From the NCBI GenBank assembly GCA_963667015.2, contig CAXXJJ010000001.1, positions 640,001 through 704,000 of the forward strand: DNA of 64,000 bases. The letters are read 5' to 3'. Origin of the DNA: Desulfatiglandales bacterium. Lineage in GTDB: Bacteria > Desulfobacterota > DSM-4660 > Desulfatiglandales > HGW-15. Positions 18,176-28,295 of this stretch are shown piece after piece. Position 1 is the first letter of the stretch. Each line of letters begins with the position of its first letter. A program made the position numbers and the translations under genes. Below the pieces are notes generated by a model that had not been told where the DNA came from, made no database searches, and worked only from the letters and a program-made list of their open reading frames with translations.

Positions 18176-19339
18176 TTGATGAAAAATCGTACAGTGCTTT
18201 TTGTTGATGATGAGGAAAACATCAGGAAGTCCATCGAAAGGGCTCTAAGGCGTGAACAGTTCCAGCGCATCTATGCATCAAACGGGATTGAGGCGCAGGA
18301 GATAATACAGAAAGACAATATCAGTATTATTGTAACCGATATGCAGATGCCCGGGATGGACGGTCTTGCGCTTCTAAAATGGGTGGAAAAGGAAAAACCG
18401 GATATTATCAGACTGGTATTATCCATGAAGGCCGATACCGGAACCATACTTGAAGCCATTAACAGCGGGAATATCTATCGCTATATCATAAAGCCATGGG
18501 ATGAAGGCGAACTTGTTTCATCAATAAGGCAGGGGCTGGAGTTGTATGACCTGAGAGAAGAAAAACAGCAGCTTTTGGACGAGCTTGAGGAGTATAACCG
18601 GACTCTCGAACAAAAAGTGGAAGAACGCACTAATCAGCTGCTGGCAATAAACAGCGAGGCAGAGATAGGCAAGCATACTTCTCAGATTGTTCATAATCTC
18701 AATAATTTTTTAAACAATATTCGGGGAGCCCTTGGCATACTGGGTTCTGCTATTTCCGGAAAAAACCCCGATATTGATAAGGCCAGAGAGTTTTTTAATA
18801 TTACTGTATCGAACGTTGATTCGCTGGCACAAATAATCGCGGAGATCCTTGTAAGATCCGGGGATAAGGATAGCAGGATAAAAGATGAAGATATCGATAT
18901 GAACCAGTTGATAGAAAAGGAGATGCTCTTCTGGGATCTAAATCCGTTTTATAAATACAAGATAAAAAAAGAGTTTCATTTTGATAAAAATCTTCCTGCT
19001 TTCAGGGGCAGCCAGATACAGATTAAGCAGATCCTTGATAACCTGATAAAAAATTCAATTGATTCAATGGAAAAGGTTGAGTTTAGACAGCTGAGTATAT
19101 GCACAGAACACAGGGATAATTTTATTTCGATTGCTGTTTCCGACACGGGAGAGGGGATACCTGAGGAGAATATATCAAGGGTCTTTTCACCGGACTATAC
19201 AACCAAGCCTGTAGGAAAGGGGACCGGTCTTGGTCTGGCAAGCGTAAAGGCCATGGTGGAGGCATATTCCGGTATAATAGAAATTGATTCGACCGCAGGT
19301 GAAGGGACAACCGTATCCATTCAATTGCCTGTTCAGTAG
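18176..19339 (+). CDS. Receiver-domain histidine kinase
   Basis: REC (FVDDE, TDMQMP, KPW), H-box VHNLNN, HATPase DTGEGI and GTGLGL. Confidence 0.88.
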   Translation: MMKNRTVLFVDDEENIRKSIERALRREQFQRIYASNGIEAQEIIQKDNISIIVTDMQMPGMDGLALLKWVEKEKPDIIRLVLSMKADTGTILEAINSGNIYRYIIKPWDEGELVSSIRQGLELYDLREEKQQLLDELEEYNRTLEQKVEERTNQLLAINSEAEIGKHTSQIVHNLNNFLNNIRGALGILGSAISGKNPDIDKAREFFNITVSNVDSLAQIIAEILVRSGDKDSRIKDEDIDMNQLIEKEMLFWDLNPFYKYKIKKEFHFDKNLPAFRGSQIQIKQILDNLIKNSIDSMEKVEFRQLSICTEHRDNFISIAVSDTGEGIPEENISRVFSPDYTTKPVGKGTGLGLASVKAMVEAYSGIIEIDSTAGEGTTVSIQLPVQ

Positions 19340-19352
19340 CTTTCAGGATATT

Positions 19353-19745
19353 TTAATTTCCAAGAACCCTGTAAAAAGCAAAACTGCCAACCGGTTTATT
19401 ATCCATCATAATAGGGGTAATATGGCCCAGTACCCCGACTTTTCTGCCGTTTTTCCTGCTCTTTATTATTTTCCCCTTATTGTTTTTGGCGCCAAAGGAG
19501 CTGTGTCTGGATTTTCTTAAGTCTGCCACGGTTTGTTCCTGTATAATAAGGTCGCTTACAGGTTTTCCCAGCGCCTCTTCCTCTGTATATCCGAAAAGTC
19601 TTGTGAAGCCGGGATTGATCATCTCGACAATGGATCTGTTATCTGTAACAACAACAGCATCTTCCCTGTTTTCACTGACTCTTTCTCTGATCTGATTTTT
19701 ATCCAGGAACTCATACACCTTTTTTCCATTTATCCAGGATCTCAT
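19353..19745 (-). CDS. Stand-alone PAS-domain protein
   Basis: AVVVTD..INPGFTRLFGYTEEEALGKPVSDLI..RKNG. Confidence 0.75.
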   Translation of the reverse strand: MRSWINGKKVYEFLDKNQIRERVSENREDAVVVTDNRSIVEMINPGFTRLFGYTEEEALGKPVSDLIIQEQTVADLRKSRHSSFGAKNNKGKIIKSRKNGRKVGVLGHITPIMMDNKPVGSFAFYRVLGN

Positions 19746-19799
19746 TTTTATCTTCCCCTAAACAGGCCTTATTTTTTTATTCTTACTAAAGATAAAAAA

Positions 19800-19815
19800 T
19801 GCAACAGCTGTGCCA
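19800..19815 (-). promoter_or_regulatory. Sigma-54 promoter of the PAS gene
   Basis: Minus strand TGGCAC-AGCTG-TTGCA, about 55 nt upstream of the ATG. Confidence 0.75.
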
Positions 19816-19929
19816 CAAAACCTTTGCGGCCAGCATGCTGATTTGTCTGTATTTTTAAAGGGTTGAGCCTTCAGGCAAGTAGTAAAAACCAACGGCGTGC
19901 ATAAAAAGGCAATATTTTGACATAGAAGT

Positions 19930-21231
19930 CTACTTTACTGCAGCCCCTACATGGCAGGGGAGGCCTTCATGTTCTCCAAGGGCATCGATTGTATCCTTCA
20001 GGTCCCTGAGTGCCTCTTCGGATAGTGCGCCTATCGTTGATGTTTTGATCATGTCCTTGCATGTAATACCGCTAAAGGCCCTTGCAAAGCCGTTTGTGGG
20101 CAGTACCGCTGTAATGCCAATGGCATAGTTGGCTGCGGAAAAGGGTGTATTGTGCCCCAGGAGGATTTCACCGGTATTGCGTATTTGGGAAAGAATTTCT
20201 TTCTGAGTGTCTTCACTGCATGCAACCATAAGGTGTTCCGGGGCAAACTCATCGATAATTTTACAGGCGCTTTTTACATCCGGGACAACAGCGACAGCGC
20301 CCATGCCATCCTTTCCGAATACCTTTGATAGAATCGTGCTTCTTTTTTCTTCAACTCCGGGAATACGGTCGAGAAGCGCTCCAGCAACCTTTTCAGCCAG
20401 TTCTCCGGAAGTGGTCGCCAGAAGAACCGAAGAATCGGGCCCATGCTCTGCCTCACACATCAGGTTGCGGGCAACCCAGTCCGGGTCTGCACTGTTATCC
20501 GCAATAACAGCGCAGTCAGTCGGACCGATACCAACCACTGTCTTTTTCCCGTATGAAAAGGCAACGCTCATGGCTGCAGCAATCCCTGCCGGGCCAGGGC
20601 CGAACATGCCGTCAACTTCGGGGATCGATTCTGTCCCGACGGTCATACCGGCCAGGACTGCCACACCATTTCCAATGACAATCCTGTCAGCTCCTGCGAT
20701 AGTTGCTGCTGCAACTGTTGAGGGGTTTGCTGAACCATTTTCCTGGGGAGGCATTCCTACCACAATGTTGGATACACCGGCCACCTTTGCCGCGGTTACG
20801 AGCATTAGGGCGGTTGATACTAGAGGTCCTTTCCTGGCGGGGATATAGAGCCCGACCGATTCAAGGGGACTTATTTTTTCGCCGATTATTGTCCCGGGCC
20901 GTATTTCTTTTCTCCAGTCAGGCTCGGGCATGAGCGCCTCATTTACCTCTCTGATATTTCTGATTGCCTTTTCTACTGCACTTCTGAATTTAGGTGAAAG
21001 ACCATCAAGGCATCTGTGGATATATTCATCCGATACCCTGACCGAGTCAATTTTTATGGAATCAAATTTTTCCGTTGCCTCAATAACGTATTTATCACCT
21101 GAGGCCGCCACATTGTTAAAGATTGCGGTTATATCCGCTATAAGTGAACTGTCCAGGAGATTTTTCCGGGGAGAGAGCCTTTTTCTTAATATTTCTTCAT
21201 CATCTGGAAGTTTAAATAAAAAATCTATCAT
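19930..21231 (-). CDS. hisD: Histidinol dehydrogenase-family protein (atypical paralog)
   Basis: PLESVGLYIP, EAEH, APEHL, VLPT. Several ligand positions are substituted (see findings). Confidence 0.75.
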   Translation of the reverse strand: MIDFLFKLPDDEEILRKRLSPRKNLLDSSLIADITAIFNNVAASGDKYVIEATEKFDSIKIDSVRVSDEYIHRCLDGLSPKFRSAVEKAIRNIREVNEALMPEPDWRKEIRPGTIIGEKISPLESVGLYIPARKGPLVSTALMLVTAAKVAGVSNIVVGMPPQENGSANPSTVAAATIAGADRIVIGNGVAVLAGMTVGTESIPEVDGMFGPGPAGIAAAMSVAFSYGKKTVVGIGPTDCAVIADNSADPDWVARNLMCEAEHGPDSSVLLATTSGELAEKVAGALLDRIPGVEEKRSTILSKVFGKDGMGAVAVVPDVKSACKIIDEFAPEHLMVACSEDTQKEILSQIRNTGEILLGHNTPFSAANYAIGITAVLPTNGFARAFSGITCKDMIKTSTIGALSEEALRDLKDTIDALGEHEGLPCHVGAAVK

Positions 21232-21251
21232 CTGTTTTCTTTCTATACATA

Positions 21252-22613
21252 TTAATCTTTAATATGTTCAATAAGAACGCAGGCCTGCCCTACATAATCT
21301 GCCGGCGTGAGGGCAAGGAGCCTGTTTTTGTCTTCATCGGGAAGCTTAAGACTGTTAATAAATGAATGGAGATCATCCCTGGTTATTTTTTTACCCCTGG
21401 ACAGCTCCTTCATTTTTTCATAGGGATTTTCTATCCCTGCCTTTCTCATGACGGTCTGTACCGGTTCAGCCAGTACTTCCCATGCATTTTCAAGGTCTCT
21501 TGTAATGGTATCCCTGTCAACTGATACCCTTCCGATGCCCCTAATGGCAGACTTTATTGCCAGGTATGAATGACCCACAGCGTTACCCATATTCCGGATG
21601 GCTGACGAATCGGTCAGGTCCCTCTGGAGCCGGGATATTGGCAGCTTGGATGCAAGGTGGTCAAGGAGGGCGTTGCTTATGCCCAGGTTTGCCTCGGAAT
21701 TTTCAAAGTCTATGGGATTTACCTTGTGCGGCATAACAGAAGAACCCACCTCTGTACTTACAACCTTCTGTTTGAAATAACCAAGAGAGATATATGTCCA
21801 CATGTCCCTGTCAAAATCCATGGTTATATTGTTAAACCTCATGATGGCATGAAAAAGCTCCGCCATATAGTCATGGGATTCTATCTGGGTTGTAAGAGGG
21901 TTAAAGGTCAGGCCAAGCCCTTCGATAAATGCCCTGGAAATATCTTCCCATGGGGCATCCGGGTATGATGCGCAGTGTGCATTGTAACAGCCCACAGCAC
22001 CGTTGAATTTCCCAAGGTATTCTATTGCCCTGATCTGGGAAAGCTGTCTTTTCCATCTGTGGATGAAAACTGCCAGCTCTTTACCCGTAGTTGTAGGTGT
22101 GGCGGCCTGACCATGGGTTCTTGCAAGCATGGGGATCTCTTTAGACTCTTCAGCTATGGACCCGAGCTTGCTCAGCATTTCCCCGGCAAGGGGAAGCCAT
22201 TCATTATTTATCCCTTCCCTGAGCATAAGCGCATGGGAAAGATTGTTGATGTCTTCCGATGTGCAGCAGAAATGGATGGATTCGCCCAGGTCTTCTATTG
22301 ACGTGCCCTTGATTGCATCCTTAATATAATACTCAACAGCCTTAACGTCATGCCTTGTCCGGTCTTCAATTTCCTTAACTGCCGCAGCCTTTTGATCATC
22401 AAAGTAGGCAACTATCTTTCGAAGATATTCCTTTTCGGAATCGGAAAGCTCTCTTACATGGGAGATCTCCGGCCGTTCGGACATCATGATGAGCCACTCT
22501 ATTTCAACATGGATTCTGTATTTTATTAATCCCCATTCTGAGAAATATGCTGTCAGGGGTTCCAGATTTTTACTGTAGCGCCCGTCAAGGGGGGATATTG
22601 ATTTTATTGCCAT
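21252..22613 (-). CDS. purB: Adenylosuccinate lyase
   Basis: ISPLDGRY, HDVKAVEY, TSEDINN, RTHGQ, GSSVMPHKVNPIDFENSE. Confidence 0.96.
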   Translation of the reverse strand: MAIKSISPLDGRYSKNLEPLTAYFSEWGLIKYRIHVEIEWLIMMSERPEISHVRELSDSEKEYLRKIVAYFDDQKAAAVKEIEDRTRHDVKAVEYYIKDAIKGTSIEDLGESIHFCCTSEDINNLSHALMLREGINNEWLPLAGEMLSKLGSIAEESKEIPMLARTHGQAATPTTTGKELAVFIHRWKRQLSQIRAIEYLGKFNGAVGCYNAHCASYPDAPWEDISRAFIEGLGLTFNPLTTQIESHDYMAELFHAIMRFNNITMDFDRDMWTYISLGYFKQKVVSTEVGSSVMPHKVNPIDFENSEANLGISNALLDHLASKLPISRLQRDLTDSSAIRNMGNAVGHSYLAIKSAIRGIGRVSVDRDTITRDLENAWEVLAEPVQTVMRKAGIENPYEKMKELSRGKKITRDDLHSFINSLKLPDEDKNRLLALTPADYVGQACVLIEHIKD

Positions 22614-22812
22614 GAAGGCCTCCGCAATTGGTATTAAACAGCAATTTCCGTGAATCAGGTCTGATTAGCACGGAAATTGCTATATAAATACCTGATTAAA
22701 TTTAAAAAGTAAAGGAAATGGAGCGAACATAAAAGTATTGTAAAGAGTTAATGTGTCATGTAAAATGCACAAAATCCAATCAAAACCTAATAATACCTAA
22801 AGGAGTGTTACA

Positions 22813-24720
22813 ATGAAAAAGGCGGGTGTAATTCGTTTTACTGCAATATCTCTGTTTCTTATCTCTCTATTTATTTTTTCATGTCAGTCTCAAACAACCG
22901 ATGTAGCCGATCAGGCAGCCGCTGTGAAAGGTTTTAAGGCCTTTGATGCCCAGGCAAAAGAAATCCTGAGTCAAATGACCCTTGAAGAAAAATTAGGGCA
23001 GATGACCCAGCCTGAACAGGACAAGGTTCTGGGTAATCCCGGCGATATGCAGAAGTATTTTATCGGATCGGTATTGAGCGGAGGCGGTTCCGACCCTGCA
23101 GAAGGTAACAGCCTCGAGGCATGGACCGATCTTTATGACCGTGTGCAGGATGAGGCGATGAAGACACGGCTTGCCATACCCGTTCTCTATGGAATAGATG
23201 CCGTACACGGACACAGCAATGTGCTCGGCGCCGTCATGTTTCCCCACAATATTGCCCTCGGATGCACCCGGGATGCAGAGCTTGTTGAAAAGATCGGTCG
23301 CATTACTGCAAAGGAGATGCGCGCTACAGGTATTCACTGGACCTTTGCACCGGCAGTTACTGTGCCTCAGGATATTCGATGGGGCCGAACCTATGAAGGA
23401 TTTTCAGAAGATCCTAATATAGTAAAGGAGCTGGGAAAGGCAATGATAATGGGCCTCCAGGGTACAGACCTGTCTGATCCGCTGTCTGTGGTTGCATGTG
23501 CAAAGCATTATCTGGCTGACGGGGGTACTGAGGCGACAACTTCTTCACAGCCCGGTCCTTTTGGTGACCAGGCAGGCCGCATGTGGCTTGACCAGGGCGA
23601 TTCAAAGATGGATGAAGCTACATTGCGCAGGATTCACCTTCCCGGATATATCTCAGCTATCGAAGCGGGTGTGGGCACTATCATGCCATCATACAGTTCA
23701 TGGAACGGGGTCAAGTGTTCAGCCAGCAAACATCTTCTTACAGAGATACTAAAGGAAGAGCTTGGTTTTGACGGTTTTCTGATCTCGGATTACAATGCAA
23801 TTCACCAGATTGATCCGACTGATCTCAAAATGTCAATCATGATCTCAATCAATGCCGGTATGGACATGGCAATGGAGCCGGCTGGATACGGCGAATTTTA
23901 TGAAAAACTGAAGGAGCTTGTAGAAGAAGGCAAGGTTCCCATGTCCCGTATTGACGATGCTGTTACACGCATCTTAAGGGTGAAGATTGCAATGGGCCTT
24001 ATGGATAAAACGCGGTCACATAAGGCCGACCGTTCTTTACATAAAGACTTTGGCTCAAAGGAACATCGTGCGGTTGCAAGAGAAGCGGTCAGGAAATCGC
24101 TTGTCCTCCTTAAAAACGAAAATGGTATTTTACCTTTATCAAAAGATATTGCCAGTATCCATGTAGCCGGAAAGAGCGCGGACAATATAGGTAATCAGTG
24201 CGGCGGCTGGACCGTCCAGTGGCAGGGCCAGACAGGCGAGGTTACACCGGGCGGAACAACGGTTCTTTCGGCTGTAAGGGCTGCCGTATCAAAGGATACC
24301 GAAGTGACCTACTCTTTCGACGGAAATGGCGCAGAAGGGGCAGCGCTTGGTATCGTGGTGGTGGGTGAGAAGCCCTATGCCGAGGGACCTGGCGACCGCT
24401 CAGATCTGTCGCTCGATGATGAGGATGTGGCGGCCGTTAATAATATGAAAAAGGCCGGAATTCCTGTGGTTGTGCTGGTTATAGCCGGACGGCCCATGAT
24501 TGTTAATGATATCCTTCCCCAGTCAGACGCCCTGTTAGCGGCATTCCTTCCCGGTACAGAAGGGGACGGTATTGCGGATGTCCTTTTCGGTGATTACAGT
24601 CCGACCGGAAAACTGTCCTTTTCCTGGCCAAGGTCCAATGATCAGCTTCCGCTTAATATAAATATGCCGAAAGAAAAGTATGATCCGCTTTATCCTCTGG
24701 GATACGGATTAAGCTATTAA
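22813..24720 (+). CDS. Glycoside hydrolase family 3 beta-glucosidase, lipoprotein
   Basis: Lipobox-like [29 protein letters not shown] nucleophile, GEKPYAEG. Confidence 0.92.
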   Translation: MKKAGVIRFTAISLFLISLFIFSCQSQTTDVADQAAAVKGFKAFDAQAKEILSQMTLEEKLGQMTQPEQDKVLGNPGDMQKYFIGSVLSGGGSDPAEGNSLEAWTDLYDRVQDEAMKTRLAIPVLYGIDAVHGHSNVLGAVMFPHNIALGCTRDAELVEKIGRITAKEMRATGIHWTFAPAVTVPQDIRWGRTYEGFSEDPNIVKELGKAMIMGLQGTDLSDPLSVVACAKHYLADGGTEATTSSQPGPFGDQAGRMWLDQGDSKMDEATLRRIHLPGYISAIEAGVGTIMPSYSSWNGVKCSASKHLLTEILKEELGFDGFLISDYNAIHQIDPTDLKMSIMISINAGMDMAMEPAGYGEFYEKLKELVEEGKVPMSRIDDAVTRILRVKIAMGLMDKTRSHKADRSLHKDFGSKEHRAVAREAVRKSLVLLKNENGILPLSKDIASIHVAGKSADNIGNQCGGWTVQWQGQTGEVTPGGTTVLSAVRAAVSKDTEVTYSFDGNGAEGAALGIVVVGEKPYAEGPGDRSDLSLDDEDVAAVNNMKKAGIPVVVLVIAGRPMIVNDILPQSDALLAAFLPGTEGDGIADVLFGDYSPTGKLSFSWPRSNDQLPLNINMPKEKYDPLYPLGYGLSY

Positions 24721-24729
24721 AATGCCGGC

Positions 24730-24767
24730 AGTGTGAATCTAAAAACCACTGTTTTTGGATTCACACT
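24730..24767. terminator. Hairpin between convergent genes
   Basis: AGTGTGAATCTAAAAAC-CACT-GTTTTTGGATTCACACT. Confidence 0.65.
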
Positions 24768-24769
24768 AT

Positions 24770-25675
24770 TTATCCAAATGTCAGGCAGTTTCTGCCGGAA
24801 GACTTGCTTTTGTATAAAAGCTCATCCGCCCTCTTTATAAGGCTGTCGACGTTATCCTGTTCATTGGCCATTGTAGCACCGATTGAAATAGTCACCTGCA
24901 GAGTCTGGTTCAGGTTGTTGACTATGTATGAACTGGCTACAAGTTCACGTACCCTGTTTCCAAGGTTTATGAGGTCATCCCTGTTAATGTTCCGGATTAC
25001 GCCGATAAACTCCTCTCCGCCCCAGCGTCCATAAAAATCAAAGGGTCTTGAGTTTGATGCAAATGTTTTTGCTACAAACCGCAGAACAAGATCACCAACA
25101 TCATGCCCGTATTCGTCATTAAAATTTTTAAAATGATCAATATCCATAAATAAAATTCCAAAAGGAAGATTATATCGTTTAATCTCTTCAAACCTGTTCT
25201 GGAGTTCTCTCTGAATAAAATTCCTGTTGGCTAGTTTTGTCAGGTTATCAAGGAATGCCATTTTTTCGAGCTCTTTGACCCTGAGCATGTTGACTTCCTG
25301 ATTGCTGATATCTGTAAACAATTCGATTCCCCCAATAATTTCTCCTTCAGTATCAGTCATGGTACTGAGACGGACAGAAACCGGAACTCGATGACCATCC
25401 TTGTGATGCAGGTAAATCTGGGCTTCCCGGGGAATATTATCAGCCATGGTGGCGGCAAGAGGGCATACAGTGGTGCACATACGGTTCCCCTCTTTATCTA
25501 CGTGGGTCAGAATATTGTCTGAACACGGTCTTCCTATAACTTCATCTGCCCTGTATCCGGTAATCTTTTCCGCAGCCCTGTTCCAGTATGTTATTACCCT
25601 GTTTGTATCTACCAGGTATAAGCCGTCATGGAGATTTTCTATGATGCTTTTATAAGATCCCTGTTCCAGTTTCAT
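24770..25675 (-). CDS. PAS-GGDEF diguanylate cyclase
   Basis: PAS domain, DNLTKLANR, DIDHFK, RPFD I-site, GGEEF. Confidence 0.93.
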   Translation of the reverse strand: MKLEQGSYKSIIENLHDGLYLVDTNRVITYWNRAAEKITGYRADEVIGRPCSDNILTHVDKEGNRMCTTVCPLAATMADNIPREAQIYLHHKDGHRVPVSVRLSTMTDTEGEIIGGIELFTDISNQEVNMLRVKELEKMAFLDNLTKLANRNFIQRELQNRFEEIKRYNLPFGILFMDIDHFKNFNDEYGHDVGDLVLRFVAKTFASNSRPFDFYGRWGGEEFIGVIRNINRDDLINLGNRVRELVASSYIVNNLNQTLQVTISIGATMANEQDNVDSLIKRADELLYKSKSSGRNCLTFG

Positions 25676-25717
25676 TGAACATTATCCTCCCTGAAAAAGT
25701 TCCCTATACTGCACTCT

Positions 25718-26314
25718 TTAAATGCTGTTTATCCACTTATCTATGGGGACTGCCCTGTAATTATTAAACCTGGTTATTAATTTTTCCGGATCAGTATCGA
25801 CAAGCAGCATATCTTTATGTTCCTGTCTTACAAACTGCTGTTTTACCGCATTTTCCAAAAAGGCAAGGATGCTGTCATAATAGCCGCAGATATTCAGCAG
25901 GCCGCAGGGTTTTGTATGAAACCCCAGTTGAGCCCATGTGAGTATCTCAAATACTTCTTCAATGGTGCCCATTCCTCCTGGTAATGCTATAAATGCATCG
26001 GAAAGATCAAACATAATAGTTTTTCTTTCATGCATTGTAGATACTATATGAAGCTCAGTCAGATTGTCATGGCCAACCCTGTCTGCAAATGATTCGGGTA
26101 TTACACCGATCACATCTCCCCCGTTTTCCATGGCAGAGGACGCAACTGCTCCCATAAGACCAACGCCTGCGCCCCCATAAACAAGGCCGATATTGTTTTC
26201 AGCAAGATATCTTCCGAGCTCTACAGCAGCCTTCATGTATTCAGGCCTTGTTCCCGTGTTAGATCCGCAATTTACACAGATATTTTTAATTTTCATGATT
26301 GATTCCCTGTTCAT
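25718..26314 (-). CDS. LOG-family nucleotide phosphoribohydrolase
   Basis: LVYGG..GLMG, MHERK, PGGMGTIEE. The true start may be 26296. Confidence 0.92.
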   Translation of the reverse strand: MNRESIMKIKNICVNCGSNTGTRPEYMKAAVELGRYLAENNIGLVYGGAGVGLMGAVASSAMENGGDVIGVIPESFADRVGHDNLTELHIVSTMHERKTIMFDLSDAFIALPGGMGTIEEVFEILTWAQLGFHTKPCGLLNICGYYDSILAFLENAVKQQFVRQEHKDMLLVDTDPEKLITRFNNYRAVPIDKWINSI

Positions 26315-26456
26315 TGGAAGAGCATAAATTAATAAATAACATTTTTTTTTGTAAAATCCTATAGATAAAGATTTTCCATTCTATATATTGCATTATACTT
26401 TAATGAATGTATTATATTCCGCTGAAAGTAAATATTTAAAGAGAGGAACCTGATTT

Positions 26457-28262
26457 ATGCCCCAGAAGACAATTCCCGAAAGAAAAAATATCCCGGAAAA
26501 CCACAGGTGGGATCTTTCTCCCATGTTCATTTCAGATGAGGAATGGGATTCGCTTTACAGTGAAATTGAAAAGAAACTGCCGGAATACGAAACATATCGA
26601 GGCAGACTGGGAGAATCCGCAAAGTTCCTTTCAGGGGCAATAGAATTCAGTCTTGAGACGGGCAGAGATATTGAGAAACTGTATGTATATGCACATTTAA
26701 GAAGTGATGAGGATAAATCAAATCAGAAGTATCTCGGGATGTATCAGAGAGCAATTAGCCTTTATACTCAGGCCGCAGAGCTGGCAAGTTTTTTTACTCC
26801 TGAGATCCAGAAGATTGATGATGACAGGATGAAGGCATTCCTTGACGAAGAGAGCCTCAGAGAATACAGGTTCTATCTCGAAAAGATACTCAGGTACAAA
26901 CCCCATACACATGATGAAAAAATAGAACAGATACTGGCAATGAGCCAGGATTTTGCCCAGGGAGCATCGCAGGTATTTAGCCAGCTTGACAATGTGGACC
27001 TGAAATTCGGTGATATCACGGATGAAGCCGGCGGCTCTATTGAGCTCTCCCATGGCAATTTTTCTACATTTTTAATAAATCCCGACCGGGAAATAAGAAA
27101 AAAGGCATTTCATCAGTATTACAGAGAATATAAAGATCACGAAAACACAATAGCCTCCACCCTTTCATACAGTAATAAAAAGGATATCTTTTATTCTCGG
27201 GTACGGAATTTTGAGTCAGCCAGATCAGCAGCCCTTTTCTCTGATGATGTTCCGAAAGATGTATATGATAACCTTATCTCCACAGTTCATGATAACCTTG
27301 ATCCGCTGTTTGACTATTTCCGGTTCCGCAAAGAAATGCTTGGACTGGATGAACTGCATTTTTATGACACATATGTTCCAATCGTGCCGGATATAAAATT
27401 CAGCATGCCCTATGAAGATGCCGTTGATGTATGTGTCAGGGCGCTTGCTCCTCTTGGAGATGATTACACCAATATATTGAAAAAAGGGCTTATGGGCGGA
27501 TGGGTTGACCGCTATGAAAACAGGGGAAAGAGAAGCGGCGCATATTCCTCCGGGTGTTATGATTCACCGCCTTATATCCTTATGAATTATGAAGACAAAA
27601 ATATAAACAGCCTTTATACCCTGATACATGAGGCCGGTCATTCCATGCATTCATTTCTATCCATAAAAAATCAGCCATATGTAGATTATGAATACACGAT
27701 TTTTGTGGCAGAGGTTGCATCCACATTGAATGAAACCCTTTTAAGCGGATATCTCCTTGACCTTTATAAGGATGATCCAGCCATGAAGGCCTATGTACTT
27801 AACCGTGAAGTGGATAACTTCAGGGCAACACTTTACAGGCAGACAATGTTTGCGGAGTTTGAGAAGGTGGCCCATGCCATGCTTGAACAGAACCAGCCAC
27901 TTACCCTTGAGGTAATAAAGGCTGAATACCGGAAACTTCTTGATATATATTTCGGTGATATAATGGTTATCGACCCTGACCTGGAACTCGAGTGCCTTAG
28001 AATACCGCATTTTTATTCTGCCTTCTATGTGTACAAGTATGCAACCGGTCTTTCTGCGGCAATAGCACTTGCAGACATGGTGGTAAAGGGCGGCGAAAAG
28101 GCGAGGGTCTCATATTTGAATTTTCTAAAACTCGGAGGATCAAAATTCCCCCTTGATGAACTTATGGAGGCGGGAGTGGATATGAGGACTCCGGACCCGG
28201 TCAAAAAGGCGATAGCCCATTTTGAAAAAAGGGCAGGTCAATTAAAAGAAGAGATTGGTTAA
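26457..28262 (+). CDS. pepF: Oligoendopeptidase F
   Basis: WDL, GKRSGAYSSG, HEAGH zinc motif, AEVAST, RIPHFY. Confidence 0.94.
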   Translation: MPQKTIPERKNIPENHRWDLSPMFISDEEWDSLYSEIEKKLPEYETYRGRLGESAKFLSGAIEFSLETGRDIEKLYVYAHLRSDEDKSNQKYLGMYQRAISLYTQAAELASFFTPEIQKIDDDRMKAFLDEESLREYRFYLEKILRYKPHTHDEKIEQILAMSQDFAQGASQVFSQLDNVDLKFGDITDEAGGSIELSHGNFSTFLINPDREIRKKAFHQYYREYKDHENTIASTLSYSNKKDIFYSRVRNFESARSAALFSDDVPKDVYDNLISTVHDNLDPLFDYFRFRKEMLGLDELHFYDTYVPIVPDIKFSMPYEDAVDVCVRALAPLGDDYTNILKKGLMGGWVDRYENRGKRSGAYSSGCYDSPPYILMNYEDKNINSLYTLIHEAGHSMHSFLSIKNQPYVDYEYTIFVAEVASTLNETLLSGYLLDLYKDDPAMKAYVLNREVDNFRATLYRQTMFAEFEKVAHAMLEQNQPLTLEVIKAEYRKLLDIYFGDIMVIDPDLELECLRIPHFYSAFYVYKYATGLSAAIALADMVVKGGEKARVSYLNFLKLGGSKFPLDELMEAGVDMRTPDPVKKAIAHFEKRAGQLKEEIG

Positions 28263-28295
28263 CTATATAGATAATAGAAAGAGAGAGGAATTAAA

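Noticed and set aside
20207..20848. 213-aa plus-strand ORF and other long antisense ORFs (for example 43145-43765, 45855-46442, 50902-51498)
   Set aside because: These are shadow frames of well-supported genes and show no recognisable motifs.
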